From the NCBI RefSeq assembly GCF_018350175.1, contig NC_058368.1:134232001-134296000 (forward strand): a stretch of DNA of 64,000 nt, given 5' to 3'. Each line of letters opens with the position of its first letter. Position 1 is the first letter of the stretch. Origin of the DNA: Felis catus. Its lineage: Eukaryota. The notes under the pieces are model-generated. The model did not search any database. It saw only the letters and a list, made by a program, of their open reading frames with translations, and was not told the DNA's origin. Both the position numbers and the translations under genes were made by a program. Positions 38,205-51,630 of this stretch are shown piece by piece.

Positions 38205-38350
38205 CTGAATGTGTAATCCATCTTCTGCCACTTACTATCCAAGAGACCTTGGACAAGTTTTTAAATCTTCTTATGCCTCACTTTCTTCATCTGTAAAATG
38301 GAGTAACAGTCACACTACCTCTACTGAGTTGTTGTGAAGATTGAGAGTTC
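38205..38350 (+). mobile_element. MIR relic
   Basis: ctgccacttacta...gaccttggacaagtt...gcctcactttcttcatctgtaaaatggag. Confidence 0.82.
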
Positions 38351-39749
38351 ATACTTGATGGTGTGGGCATGAGATGAGGTGGTATAGGAAGCGGAATTGT
38401 AGGTGAGCTGAGATGACTCGTCATCTTTTTTTTTAATCCCTTAAAGTTTTATAGGAATGTGTATGTTACATGCATACTTAGAAACAAAGCAAATAGTAAA
38501 GTATGAAAATGTATAAAAGACTAAATTAAAAATATGCATGTACAGCACTTGGCATAACACTTGGTGAGCAATCCATGAATGTTAGCGGTCTGTAGACATA
38601 GGGACCTAGAGATCAGAGAGAGGTCTGATCTAGAGAGTTATAACTTTAGTAGTCCCTGCTGTTCTGACAGTAACCAAAGTAATGAGTTGAGGAAATCATC
38701 TGGAGAGAAAATGTTGAGTAAAAGAGGGCCAAATGTTGAACTTTGAGCAATCCCAACTGGTAAAGATCAAGTAGAGGAGAATGAATCAGCAAAGGAACTT
38801 TAGAATGGGGCAGCCAGTATAGGAGGAGGAAAACTCTGCCCATGTCGGTAAGGTGAGCTTGCATTTGGAGGAAGACTCAAGTGATATGGCATGTTGCTGC
38901 AAGCTATTATGAGGGGGAAAACAACAAAGTGTGTTTTGGGTAAACTAAACCAGAGACTGGAGAAGGCTTTTTGGATTACCAGGCAGAAACCTTTGTTAAG
39001 AAACTATCTGGTTCTTTATATTAAAGCAAAACTTGGCTTCTATTCTGGAAATGGAGCCAGTCAGTTGGTCACTTGGAAGTTGAATCCATTATGTCTTATG
39101 AGATTCTCCATCTTCAGGGAGGTGCTACTTCAAACTTGGTCAATTTCTATAAAATACAAAAAAATATCACCATGTCAGAGAGGAAAGCAAAAACGTACAA
39201 AGAAAGGAAATTTCACTCATTTGTTCTGTTCATTCATGGTTCTGGCCAACGAATAACCTTTAATTTTTTTTAAGAAAAATTCTTTTATTTTCTTGAATTA
39301 CAATCCCATAGATACCCATCCCTCATTCCCATTTTCTTTTTTAAAAAAACTGACACTTTTATATTTGGAAAAAATGAGGATTGTCTGATCACTTCATTTC
39401 AGATAAGTGGAAAATTTCCAAAGGGAGAGATGTGTTTAATTCTATGACCTGTTTTTTACTTGCATGGCGTTTTACTGTAAGACCTTGAAACATGCTAGTT
39501 TTACTGGGAAGTAAAGTAATTAGCCCTGATCACACCATGGAGAGAGTGGAAATGAAAGAAGTAAATGGGTTGTGATGAATCTGTAGTTTCAGATGGCATT
39601 CTGAAGGGGTTGGGTCCTAGCTCTTGATTGAGCTTGGATTCTGAGCCAAGGCAGATGAGGAAGCAAGAGGAGGGTACTTTAAATCACCCCTCCTACTTTG
39701 CATCTGTTCGTTGCACTAAGGGTGCAATATAGCACAGAGTTTGATGCAG

Positions 39750-39930
39750 TGTTTGGCACTCTTAACTTCCTACTAGCCCAGTTCTGAATTCTAGGCAAGT
39801 TATTGACTTCTATGACCATGACTCTTCTTATCTGTGGCTTGGAAATTAATAGTCCTGCCATCCTCACGGAGCTTTAGGAGGAGCGGATCGGTTAAGGTAG
39901 GCAAAGCTCTTGGCGTACGGAGAACTGTCA
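39750..39930 (+). mobile_element. MIR relic
   Basis: ctaggcaagttattgacttct...cttcttatctgt. Confidence 0.55.
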
Positions 39931-40734
39931 TGTGTAGCATGGCCAGTTCTCTGAATCATGAGAATTCTCTCAGTAGGGTTGTTGGTTTGCTTATCTTCAT
40001 TTGTCCTGAGTTCATTTAGGAAATGTCTTTCTGTTTTCCTTATTCGCCTTCTCCCAACTTCATGATTGGCTTTGTAAAAGTTAAAGGCATGACCCTCAAT
40101 CAGCAAACTCATTTACACAAAATGAAGTTTTTATTTCCTTCAAGCTCCATCTGATTTTTATTTTGAGACCAGTTCTGCCAAGTAGGGTAGAAATAACCTC
40201 CATCAATTTGAAGGTCTCTCTTCCACCTCTACCTGCTTCTTTCTCCAGTTTTATGTAAATGTGGGAATCATAAATGATGTGAAAGCTTGTTCTGGAAGGG
40301 AACTTGTCCTTCACTGTGCAGGAAGTGGCTGTATTGTCCATGCTCTGGCCTGGCCCTCCCTGAGTCATCCATCATCATTAGTCCCACTGGCAGGTCGCGG
40401 TTCTTACGTACATGGTGCCATCTTGTCTGATGTCTCCCTAATTGCATGTGTGCCAGGATATGGGACTCTTTCCCTAGATCTTTCTTCCCAGATTCTACCA
40501 GATATTTGGTCTATACACTGAGCCCCTAGGTTTTCTTGCAGATTATTTCTGCTCTCCCACTGGTCACATCTACCATTTGGAGCACCAGATGCATAGCCGG
40601 TTACCTTCTTAGTGAGGGAAAAGGAAGGGGACCACAAGAGAGGGAAGAACCAAAGTCCACTATCTCAAACATACTACTCTGCCCCTTAAGTTACAGACAT
40701 GTTATGGAAGTTAATGCTTCCAACCATGGAACAC

Positions 40735-40790
40735 ACTGAGGTGAAATGTAGTATTTCAAACTATACTGAGGTGAAATGTAGTATTTGAAA
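40735..40790 (+). repeat. tandem duplication, period 30
   Basis: actgaggtgaaatgtagtattt at 40735-40756 and 40765-40786. Confidence 0.93.
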
Positions 40791-42369
40791 TGTCATGCAG
40801 AGTTTATTGTGTATACCCAACTCAGCAGAAAGACATTTTACAAGTGTAAGTTTTGTTTTTTTTAGAATGGACCATGACTGTATATAGTGACCTAATTGAT
40901 TCAAAAATCTCCTGTAAGTCAGAGAAGAAGGCTCATTACACAGCCTAGTGAGGGGAATCTTGATGTCAAAATCATTACACCTATATCAATAAGGTAGACA
41001 AGGTCTGAAACATTACATATGCTTTGAAAAAACAAGCTTGTTTTTTCTGGTGTTTGTGCTTTGACTGAAGGCCTGATTCTGTGCTTTGGGGCATTTTCCT
41101 TGACTTCTTCTGGACCCAATCATTCTGCATAATTTAGCAAAAGGAAGAAAAATGTTGGTGTTCACCCCCTCTGGTCCACTCGTAAATGGAGCTTTCTGTT
41201 GCCCTTGGTTACTTCCTACATTAGCAGAAATAGGAAGGAAAATAATTGAAAATTTAGTTTTCAGAAGGACAAAGGGATTGCGAAGCATTATTTACCTACT
41301 AGACTGAAGCAGACCTCAGTGGCCATCTGGTGCACCATGTTTTTGGGTAATTAACATGCATCCACACTTCTATTTCGTTTCTTTTCTGAAGTAAATCTGA
41401 AAATGTGTGCTAACAGACTGTCTTTAACACAAAGGAGCCAATGTTAAAAAATGATTATACTCCTCTCCTTTCAAAAAACAATGAAAGAAAAAAAAAAGCC
41501 CAAACTTTGTTTTGCCACCAAAGGCAGAAACTACCCTGAGAGCTGCCAAAGACTCTGGGTCCCAGACGGAATCGCTCATTCTCTTTAGTCAGCACATTTG
41601 GTGAGCAGTGTTGTAGGCCCAGTGTTCCCCCTTCCTTTCCATCAGGCTTGTCATTCGCAGCCTTCAGGGGAACATGTACATGATCAAATGTTCACGGCCA
41701 CAGTGGTGTAGCCCCATTCACGAACTGGATTTTGAATTTGGGATTAGTTCTCACTGGTTAACAGCTTGAGTTTGTTTTTCCAAATGACTTTATGATAACT
41801 ATAAATTCAAGTGAGTCAACCTACTGGATGGTGGCTCTGTGTCTATGTGTTGGCAACATATATTTGATTTAATCTGTAGGGAGAAAAAAATTCTTCTTCC
41901 TGGCATAGAACCTTCCAGGAGAATTCAACAAATAGGTCACATACACAAGTCTAAACAGTCTCTTTCTGGGAGATTTTACTTTATAATGTCAGTGCAATTA
42001 CTTCACCCACAAAATATCTAGATGTATTTGAAGTCAACCTGAACGAATGGTTGAGAAAACTCAGGCTGTCATGGTGAACATAAATGCAAACATTTATTAT
42101 ATAAATAAAAATCTACAGCTAAAATAAAGTGCTTGAGGGGTAAGGGTGAGAATGAAATGGAATTTCATTGTGGATCATGCATCCCACAGTATGAGCCTTT
42201 AAAGCAAAACGGATTGCTTTTAACACAAACGGATATTTAATACTTACTTCTAGGAAGGTTAGCCTGTTTTGGCTGAAAACCCATTGTTTTCTGATTTAAG
42301 AATAATTCTCATTTTAGATTTTATACAGAGTTTTATACAATAGAAAATAAATATTCTAAAGGCATTATT

Positions 42370-42460
42370 ATATTTCCCTTTTACAGATGAGAAAACTGAG
42401 GTTTAGAAACATTAAATTACTTGTGTACATTTACTTGCATAATTAGATCTTAAACATACC
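42370..42460 (-). mobile_element. MIR relic
   Basis: ttttacagatgagaaaactgagg core. Confidence 0.7.
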
Positions 42461-42984
42461 CTAGATTGATTTAGTTCCTCCCTCTCTTCCTTTCTCCTAG
42501 AATATTTTATGCCTACCATGATTCTGCTGTTGAGATAGGTCCCTAGGGTACAAAAATGCTTAAGACCAAAGACCACAGTAATCAATCTAAAAGTGGTTAG
42601 AGTTTGCCTGGGTAGAGACAAGACAATATAAGAGTCACACAGGTGTGGGTATGGGGAACTTTTAGAAGAGAGAAGGGGGCCCAAGATATGTGTATGTGTG
42701 TGCCTGTGTGGTGTGTTGGGGGAAAGGGATCTAGGGAGTTCCAAAATCCAGAGGGTTAGAGAATGCTTTAAGTATTTTTAACAGGCAAAAGGAGATGTAC
42801 CTGCTGCATTGTTTTGCTCAGTGGGCTCCCTTTCATCAATCCCAATGGCACCGGAGAAAAAGCCACAATTGAGGCTAATTCTGACTTCAAGATTTCTACA
42901 AGTAGATCTAAGAGTAGCCATGGGTGAGCAGGCAATCAGAATGCAAAATTACAGCTCCTGGGGTGATTAACCTTAAATCTCAAG

Positions 42985-42985
<1 letters not shown>

Positions 42986-43026
<41 letters not shown>
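42986..43026. repeat. (ATT)n trinucleotide microsatellite
   Basis: Read directly. Confidence 0.97.
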
Positions 43027-43029
<3 letters not shown>

Positions 43030-43743
43030 CATAGCAGTGAAAAATAAGAGTCAGAAAGTAGAGACAGGCAAATGAATAGGGCAGGAAATAAACCATCCAC
43101 ATTTCAATGTTCAATGAAGCCAGAGTTGGAAGAGGTGGCGTTTGAACTGGACCGTGTCAATTGAGATGATTTGTCATTGCTCCTCCAAACTTGATGACTG
43201 TCTAGGTAAACACACTGTCATTTATCAAATTCTAAAATCAGAAGCTATCTGCCAACACCATCCCGGGCAGTGGGGTGTGACACATACTAAAGCTACCAAC
43301 ACAGTGGACCAGAAGGACTAGCACAGTTCCAGGGAGAGCAGGGAGGCCAAGAAGACAGACAAATAACACTGAACGACCAGGAGCCAGAAACATGCTTATT
43401 CAGAGGAAGCCTGCACAAGGTGATTTCCACTCCTAGCTAACGGCTACCAACGACAGCACTCCAGATGAAAGAGAATACGGTCCTATCTCTCAGAAGAGTA
43501 AGCATCAGTGAGTCTTGATTACCCCAGAGTGGGACTTTTCTGATACTTCTCTGGAAAAAGGATATCTCAGGAAGGTAAAAGAAGCTGATGGAATGAGACA
43601 GGTTGTCACTGGGTGCAGCAAGACTGCCAGGGTCAGAAGCTCAGCAGGAACGAATGATGAGATATTCTTCGAAAGCCCTCTCTAGGAGTGCTTCCACTCT
43701 CCCTATTGCTTCTTTCTCCCAACCTCTGATAAAGAGTGAGAGA

Positions 43744-43969
43744 GGGACGTCTGGGTGGCTCAGTTGGTGAAGCGTCAGACTTCGGCTCAGGTCGTGATCT
43801 CGCAGTCCGTAAGTTCAAGCCCCGCATTGGGCTCTGTGCTGACAGCTTAGAGCTTGGAACCTGCTTTGATTCTGTGTCTCCCTCTCTCTCTTTCCCTGCC
43901 CCACTCCTGCGTGCGTATGTGGGTTGGCTCTCTCTCTCTCTCAAAAATAAATAAACATTAAAAAAAAAA
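43744..43969 (+). mobile_element. CAN-SINE (felid)
   Basis: gggacgtctgggtggctcagttgg...caaaaataaataaacattaaaa. Confidence 0.94.
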
Positions 43970-44349
43970 GAGAGAGGGAGATTTTTAAGGTCTCCTGTAC
44001 TTCTTATTCCCCTTTTCTCTAAATCTTATAAAGAACAGAGAAGTCATAAATGGGGTGGAGTGAACAGGACCCTTTCCAGATTATTTCTGCACACCAGTCT
44101 GTTTTTTCCCTTCAATCTAACTTGCATATATCATGATGAAGGACATTAACTTTCTTCTTTTCTGCAACTGCATAATATGCAGTGTCCTTTTCCTTAGGAA
44201 AGGAAAGAACACAGACTGCAGTGATCAGAGCCTCTCTGCCCTTCTTTGTCAGATGGGTCTTCTGGGATAATAACATGGAATTCACAGTGCCTGAGATTTG
44301 TTGGGGATAATGGTAATGAAAGATGAAAGGAAGAAGCAACAAGAATAAG

Positions 44350-44672
44350 CAGTGAAAACCTTTAGGCCATGATGTAGGTCTGTTACCTATAAAAGGAGAA
44401 AGGGAGGGAAGGAGGTTTAGGCAGGAAGGACTTCAGACTTCACTATGGCTCTAGAGGGTCTTAGCCAGGCCCACAGGTGCCATGGCGCAAAAATTCCCCA
44501 CGGAGGCATCCCACATCGTCAGAAAGGGTGACCTGATCCTGTGGTGCTGAGATTTGGCTACATCCTGCCAAGGAAGAGCATGACCTTGGCTCAAGCGCTC
44601 CTGTTCACAGCTAACTGGCAAGTTCTTTCTTGAAAGCCGGTGTGGATGGTGCACCTCCTTGGCTGCCACATG
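44350..44672 (-). mobile_element. ERVL LTR relic (LTR33-like)
   Basis: gatgtaggtctgttacctataaaaggagaaagggagggaaggagg...gaagagcatgaccttggctc...ggtgcacctccttggctgccaca. Confidence 0.65.
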
Positions 44673-45269
44673 GGACTGGGAGTAGGCGAGGCTGGCCCTG
44701 TGGCTGCACCCCCGTGGCAACCTGAATCTTACAGATCCGCATAAAATGCCCCTGAAGAAAGTGTTCTGTGCTTCCAGTTACTATGAAAGTCCCAAAGGAA
44801 TCTATCCTATCTTACAAACCATCAGATAAAAGAATTTTGGAATCTTTTCCCTAAAAGAGGTGATATATTTTACTTCTACATTTGACACTCATAATATGGG
44901 GAGATTCTTCTGATAGGTAGTGTTTTAAATCTTTCACCTTGCTCTGTTCAAACTATTTCATCTTGGTTTGCCTTGATAGAGAAGAAACAAATCTGATTTT
45001 CACCCACCCTGTGAATGCTTCCCTTTGTTTGCTTTTCTCATTAAGGTTAAAGTGGCCAACTGATTTTAATTTTATACAGTGGCCTTATTTTTTGTGGATA
45101 CATATATACATAAATACGCATTATAATATGTATTTTATATGTGTGATATATAGTATATATGTATATTTATTAATGCACACATACACGTACATCTATATAC
45201 ATCTGCGTAAAGTTGGTTTATTGTTGAAGCATTGCTGATAGAACTAGCTGTTATACAAGCATTTCTGGA

Positions 45270-45470
45270 AGAGGCACCTCGTTCAGGTAAGCATCTGACT
45301 CTCGACTTCGGTTCAGGTCACGATATCAGGGTCATGCAATCCAGCCCTGCATTGGGCTCCAAGCTGAGCGTGGAGCCTGCTTAAGATTGTCTCCCTCTCT
45401 CTCTCCCTCTGCCCCTCTCCGCCACTCATGTGCATTCTCTCTCCCTCTCTCTCTCTGTAAAAAAGAAGAG
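45270..45470 (+). mobile_element. older CAN-SINE
   Basis: taagcatctgactctcgacttcggttcaggtcacgat...gagcctgcttaagatt. Confidence 0.88.
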
Positions 45471-45697
45471 AAAAATTCTGGAAGACATTAGAAATAGCAG
45501 ATGAGTGACTCTCAGTGCTACTTCACTGAAACACTAAGCTGTGAAAATAAATGTACCGCCAATGATCAAATCTGGCTTTAAACCCAGCTCTGCCATAAAC
45601 TGGATGGATGGCCTGGGGCATGTGTAAAGCCCTCTGTAAACTGAAGAGATGAAGTTAGATGAAACCCAGGGTTTTTTCCTGCACCAACAGTCTTTAA

Positions 45698-45935
45698 TAG
45701 TGGTTTCCAAACTCTTCATGCCCTGGAGTTGTAGGGCTTCACGAAGGTGTTACTGGTTTGGGTAATGGGATGTGCAAGGGAGATACTTGAGTAAACTATG
45801 ATCCCTGTCTCTCATCCTTCATTTCAAACAGAACAGCTCGGTCTGACCTGTTTTCTCAGTGAAATTTCAGTGCCAAATTCCCATTTGAAAACTTCACATT
45901 TTTTTCTAAGCTTCAAATTTTGTAAACATCGATCT
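45698..45935. mobile_element. possible hAT MITE relic
   Basis: tagtggtttccaaact start, with a weak terminal inverted repeat near 45920-45935. Confidence 0.4.
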
Positions 45936-46019
45936 CTGATAAGAAGCAAGATTAGGTAAGTCAGAGGCAGGTGTAAGGTAATCAGGGGAAAGCAATGTGT
46001 TTGTTTATCGACTTAAACC

Positions 46020-47135
46020 TTTTTATTATAAAATGTGGCATGCAGAAAATTGTGTAAGGTTGTAGGCGCTTGGAAACATTTGTCTGTGAAGCAAACACCC
46101 ATATAACCCTGTCGGTTCGTGAGCTAGAACGTTTACTGGAACCACAGAATTTCACTTATATCCTTTAACTCTCTCTCTTCACTGTGTCATCACAAAATGA
46201 CTTTTGGCATCTTACGGTAACTCTGACCCTGACTGACTTTTCCAGTACTTTTTTCTTTGTTTATATTTTTTTTACTACCTGTATACGCATTCTTCAAAAT
46301 TACATTAGTACTGCCTCCTCTTGAACTATATGTAAATTGAATAATGTAATTGCCCTTTATGACTTGCCTTTTCCTGCACACACATTTGTAAGTTTATCTA
46401 CATATCTGTGACAAATTCAGATCTGTTTCAATGTAGCGTCCCATTGTAAGAACATAAAACATTTTATATGTGCGTTCTACTAAGGGTAAATGTATGGTTC
46501 TTCCAAGTATCTGGTAACTATGAGGAGTATTGCCATGAGCATTTTTAAACATGAATCTTTGTATCTAGAAGCAACATATCTTTAAGGTATATACGTATAA
46601 AAGTGGGATTACTGGATCACCGTGTTTGCACACTTCAGTTTTACCAGGAAATGATAAACACTTTTTTAAAGTTGCCGTAACAATTTACACTCCTGTCAGT
46701 AAAATAGCTACTGATGCATTTGTCTTTGCCTATGTTAAGTACTGTCAGACTTTTATTCTTTTCCAACTTGACAGGTGAGTAGTGGTAATCTTCTCATGCC
46801 TCTAAGTTTTTTCTTTTTTATTCACCATCTTTTCATTGGGTTACTGGCTGTTTGGGTTTCTTCCTTTGAGAAGTGCCTGCTGAAATCATTTGCTCATTTT
46901 TCTATTGAATTGTCTACCCTTTTCTAATTGCATTATATAAACTTCTTGTATATTATGGAAAGTAGCTATGTTTTGGTTAACAAATGTTTCAAATATTTTA
47001 AACTCCATGATTCTTATTTTTGTTCTTTATATCTGATGTCTGTCAATGAACAGAAGTTTTCATTTTAATGTGGTCAAATTGATGAATCTCCTACTGTACT
47101 AAAATTTGTGTCTACTTCACGAATCCTTCTGTGGA
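46020..47135 (-). mobile_element. L1ME-like relic (3' part); continues at 49660
   Basis: tcctttgagaagtgcctgctgaaatcatttgctcatttttctattg and tgaacagaagttttcattttaatgtggtcaaatt. Confidence 0.78.
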
Positions 47136-47728
47136 TCTTTCACAAAGTAGGAATGCAGTGCATGTACAAAAACCCATAGCTAGCCTCACATTTAATGGTG
47201 AAAGACTGAATGCTTTCTCCCTAAGGCCCGGAACAAAACAAGGATGTCTTTTTTTGCCACTTCTATTCAACATTGTATTGGCGATTCTAGTCAGGGAAAT
47301 TAGGCAAGAAAAAGAAGTGAAACATTTTTTTTTCCCCTAGCACTACCAAAGAAGATGACATTAAGAAAACAATTCCACCCACAAGAGCACCAAAATAAAT
47401 ACATACATAAAATTCTTAAGAATAAATTTAACAAAAGAAAAACAAGTTGTATAATTTCAAAACCTTATTAGAAGAAATTGATTAAGACATAAATAAATGG
47501 AAGGATGTTCCATGTGCATGGATCGAAAGATTTAACGTTGTTAAGACGATAGGACTTTGTAAAACGATCTACGTATGTAGTGCAATCCCCATAAAAATCC
47601 AAGCTGCATTTTTAGCAATAATTGACAAGCTTGTCTTAAAACTGATGTGAAATTTCAAGGAACCCAGAAGAGCCAAACAATCTTGAAACAGAAGAACATA
47701 GTTGGCACCCTCACACTTCCTATTTTTA

Positions 47729-47954
47729 TTTTTATTTTTTTATTTTAATAAAAATTTTTGTTTACCGTTTATTCAGTTTTGAGAGAGAGAGAGAGAGAGA
47801 GAGCGTGAGCATGGTAGGGACAGAGTGAGAGGGAGACACGGAATCTGAAGCAGACATCAGGCTCTGAGCTGTTGTGGGGCTCGAACTCACAAACCATGGG
47901 ATCATGACCTGTGCTGAAGTCAGACACTTAACCGACTGAGCCACCCAGGCGCCC
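47729..47954 (-). mobile_element. CAN-SINE nested in L1
   Basis: TSD cctcacacttcctattttta. Confidence 0.94.
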
Positions 47955-49129
47955 CCTCACACTTCCTATTTTTAAAACTTATTACAGAGTTGTAGTAATT
48001 GAGCCGCTACTGCACGGCCATAAGAATAGACATACAGATCACTGGGATGGAATTGAGAGTGCAGAAATAAATCCTAATATGTATGGTCAGTTGTTTTTTA
48101 ACAGATGTGCTAAGACCAATTAATGGGGAAAGAACAGTGTTTTCAACAAATGGTGCTGGAAAACTGGATATTCACATTCAAAATAATGAATTTGAATTCC
48201 TACCTCACACTATACATAAAAATGAGCTCAAAATAGAGCAGGATTCTAACTGTAAGCGCTAAACTATAAAGCTCTCAGAAGAAAGCAAGAGAACAAATCT
48301 TTCTGAACTTTGGTTAGACCATGGTTTCTTATTTATAACACCAAAAACACAAGTGACCAAAGGAAAGAAAAAGATATTGTGTTTCATCAAAATTTAAAAA
48401 AAATTTGTGCTTCAAAGGACACCAGCATGAAAATAGAAAGACAACCCACAGAATGGGAGAAAACATTTGCAAATTATATATTTGATAAGAAGCTTATATC
48501 CAGAATACATAAAAGACTTTTATAAGTCAACAATAAAAAAAAACAATTAAAAATATGACCAAAGGATTTGAAGAAAACATTTGTTCAGAGAAGATATACA
48601 ACTGGCCAATAAAAACGTGAAAATGCTCAACATTATTAGTTATTAGAAAAATGCCAATCACAACCACAATGACATAGCACTTCACAATCACTAAGATGGC
48701 TAAAATTTTTTGAAAGACAATAACAAATGTTGCAGGTTTATGGAAAAAGTGAAATGCTCATATATTGCTAGTTGGAACTTAAAATGATGTAGCCACAACG
48801 GAAAAGAAGTCGGTGGTTCTTCCCAGTGTTAAACATGGTGTTATCAAGTAACATACCCATTCCACTCGTAGGTAATGAAGACACAAGAGAAATGAAAACA
48901 TGTATATACAAAAAGTTATACAGGAATTTTCATAAGCCAAAAGTGGAAACCACCAAAATCTCCATCAACTAATGAGTGAATAACCAAAATGTGGTCTATC
49001 CATATAGTGGATTACTGATTACTGATTACAGATTACTGATACATGATTGTTACAATATGGATGAATCTTGAAAACATTATGCTGTGTTAAAGAAGACAGT
49101 CCAAAGACCAAATCTTGTATGATTCCTTT

Positions 49130-49234
49130 TATTTTTTTAAGTTTTAAATTTTAAATTTTTATTTTTAGAAAACATTATTTATTTTAAGAGAAAAAGAGAG
49201 AGAGTGAGGGCATAAGCAGGGGAGGGGCAGAGGG

Positions 49235-49279
<45 letters not shown>

Positions 49280-49386
49280 CCCAAGCAGGCTCTGGGCTGT
49301 CAGCCCAGAGCCCCATGCAGGGCTTGACCTGAGCCAAAATCAAGAGTCATTTCCTTAACTGACTAAGCCATGAGTGCCCCCCCCCC
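49130..49386 (-). mobile_element. CAN-SINE with (GA)n expansion, nested in L1
   Basis: SINE body; (GA)n at about 49237-49277; flanks ttcctttta. Confidence 0.9.
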
Positions 49387-49724
49387 ATTTCCTTTTAAAT
49401 GAGATGTCCAGAGAAATCAAATCACAGAGACATAAAGTAAATTAGTGGCTGCCAGGAGCTGGAAGGAAGAGAGAATGGGGTGATGACTAATGGGTAAAGG
49501 GGATTTTGGGGGGTGGAATTTAAAATATTTTAAAACTGAATAGTGGGATGGTTGTACAACTCTGAATATACTAAAAGTAGCTGATTTGTCTACTTTAAAA
49601 GAATGTTTTTTATGGTGTCTTGTTTATATCTTAATAAAGATGTTATAGGAAAAGAGAATTATTTTTATACCCCAAGGTTGAAAGACAATTCTCTTACAGT
49701 TTCTTCTCAAAGTTTTATAGATTT

Positions 49725-49920
49725 GGGGCACCTGGGTGGCTCAGTCAGTTGAGTGTCTGACTTTGGCCCAGGTCATGATCTTGTGGTTTATGAGTTTGAG
49801 CCCCATCTCAGCCTCACTGCTATCAGCGCAGAGCCTGCTTTGGATCCTCTGTTCCCCCCCTTTCTCTCTCTGCCCCTCCCCAGCTTGCACTCTCTCTTTC
49901 TCAAAAATAAACCAACATTT
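49725..49920 (+). mobile_element. CAN-SINE
   Basis: ggggcacctgggtggctcagtcagttgag head. Confidence 0.93.
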
Positions 49921-50336
49921 AACAGTTTTATGGATTTTCTCTTCATAGCTCTTTTATCCAGCTGAAATTGATCTTTGTATATGGTATGAGGTAGGTGCTC
50001 AATTTAAATAATTTTTCATACAGATAGTTGTTCTGGAAACATTTATTGTGAAGTTCATCTTTTCTCACTGATCTTTGGTGCCAAGTCTCTCATGAACCAA
50101 ACATTTACATTTCATGAGTCTTTTTCTGGGCTCTCTACCTTGTTCTTTTATCGAGCTGCCATTTTCTCTGCTGATACCGCAATGTCCTTATTACTATAGG
50201 TTTAAAATATTTTTAAATATTTTAAAATACCCTAAAATAGGTCCTCCTGTATTGTTCTTTTGTATTCAGGAGTATCATTTTTAGTCTTGGTATTTCTATA
50301 TTGTATGCATTTCTAAATAAATTTTAAAAGTAACTG

Positions 50337-50556
50337 GGGACGCTGGGTGGCTCAGTCGGTTAAGCGTCCGACTTCGGCTCAGGTCACGATCTCACAGTCT
50401 GTGAGTTCGAGCCCCGCGTCAGGCTCTGGGCTGATGGCTCAGAGCCTGGAGCCTGCTTCCGATTCTGTGTCTCCCTCTCTCTCTGCCCCTCCCCCATTCA
50501 TGCTCTGTCTCTCTCTGTCTCAAAAATAAATAAAAACGTTAAAAAAAATTAAAAAA
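50337..50556 (+). mobile_element. CAN-SINE, young felid type
   Basis: CpG-rich body; TSD aaaagtaactg. Confidence 0.96.
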
Positions 50557-51189
50557 AAAAGTAACTGATCAAATTAAAAAAGGAAACACACACATCTGAG
50601 CTCTCTGGTATTTTTAAAAGTGCATTGCACTTTCAAATCAATTTGGGGAGAATTGACATCTTTTCAAAATCTTCCAAATTATGAATGTGGTGAGTCTCTT
50701 GTTCCTTTCTGTCTTAGTATTTCCCAGTAAAGTTTCATAATTTCTTGTCTATAGATGTCTTATAGACCTTGAATAAGATTTATTTCTGGATTCTTGCTAT
50801 TTTTATATACTATGATAAATGAATTCTTTTTTAAAGTTGTGTTTTCTCATACGGAAAAACAATTGACTTTTGTATATTGAATTTTTATCCAGTGACCTTG
50901 ATAAATCTCCTATTAATGTTAAGGTTGACATATACATGCTTTGGATTTTCTGTGTGCTTAATCCTATTATCTGCCAACAGTCACCGTTTTTCCTCAGATT
51001 CTTTTATCCTTTTAAAATTTCTTAAATCACTGGACAGGATCAAAGTTTCATAGAAGTGACGATAAGCGGAAAACCTTGTCATATTCCTAATAGCAAAAGG
51101 AAAATTCCCAGTTTTCACCATTATATATGGCATTGGCTAGAGTTTCTGTAGTTGTTCTTTATCAGATTAAGAAAGTTTTCCCCTATAGC

Positions 51190-51630
51190 ATACTGGATCA
51201 TTGTTTCTAATTCTTTACTCCCTCTCTATGTGAGAAACACAGTTAGATACACTGCCATATACATGCTTATTGCTTTCCAGTATTGGTGAAGTATATTTCC
51301 CTATCTCTTAATGTTGGACTTGGCCATGTGACCTTTCTTTGACCAACGGGATGTCAGTGAATGTGATATCGACAAATATTTTAAGTGTGTTTGCATAGTT
51401 CACTTATCTTTAGAGCCTTCTGTATCTACTATAAGAAACACATACCCTGGGTAGCCTCAAGGAGAACACACAGAGTGCTCCCAAACATAACACTCAGCCT
51501 TGGTCAAGTTCGTCAAACATTGCTGAGCCCATCAGAGCCACAATGTACTCAGTGACTAGTAATTATTGTTGTAATCTACCAGGCTTTGTAGTTGTGTATT
51601 ATACAGGATTACAATAGTAAAAACCTCCTG
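51190..51630. mobile_element. MaLR (MLT1-family) LTR relic nested in L1
   Basis: atgttggacttggccatgtgacctttctttgaccaa and ttattgttgtaatctaccaggctttgtagttg. Confidence 0.65.

Larger units (their letters stand above)
37065..38900 (-). mobile_element. L2 relic interrupted by a SINE and a MIR
   Basis: ctatgttccaggcac...ctgtccttaccctcctgtagctta, ggccttggaagccatactaa, and gagttcaagtttggaca.ttgaatttg.gatgcct. Confidence 0.75.
47140..49650 (+). mobile_element. 5'-truncated L1MB-like element inserted in the older antisense L1
   Basis: RT relic (supplied ORF 47131-47340, [37 protein letters not shown]) and ORF2 C-terminal relic KIERQPTEWEKTFAN. The 3' UTR reads gatggttgtacaactctgaatatactaaaa...aataaagatgtt. 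Confidence 0.9.

Noticed and set aside
47131..48525. ORFs with reverse-transcriptase and L1 ORF2-like peptides
   Set aside because: Short surviving frames of a decayed, 5'-truncated L1; not a functional RT or a novel system.
49010..49041. (GATTACT)n short tandem array; similar 9-11 bp micro-duplications at about 29856, 31528 and 36891
   Set aside because: Ordinary slippage duplications with no spacers, so not CRISPR-like.
50201..50226. Inverted repeat tttaaaatattt/aaatattttaaa
   Set aside because: A/T-only low-complexity sequence inside an L1 relic; expected by chance.
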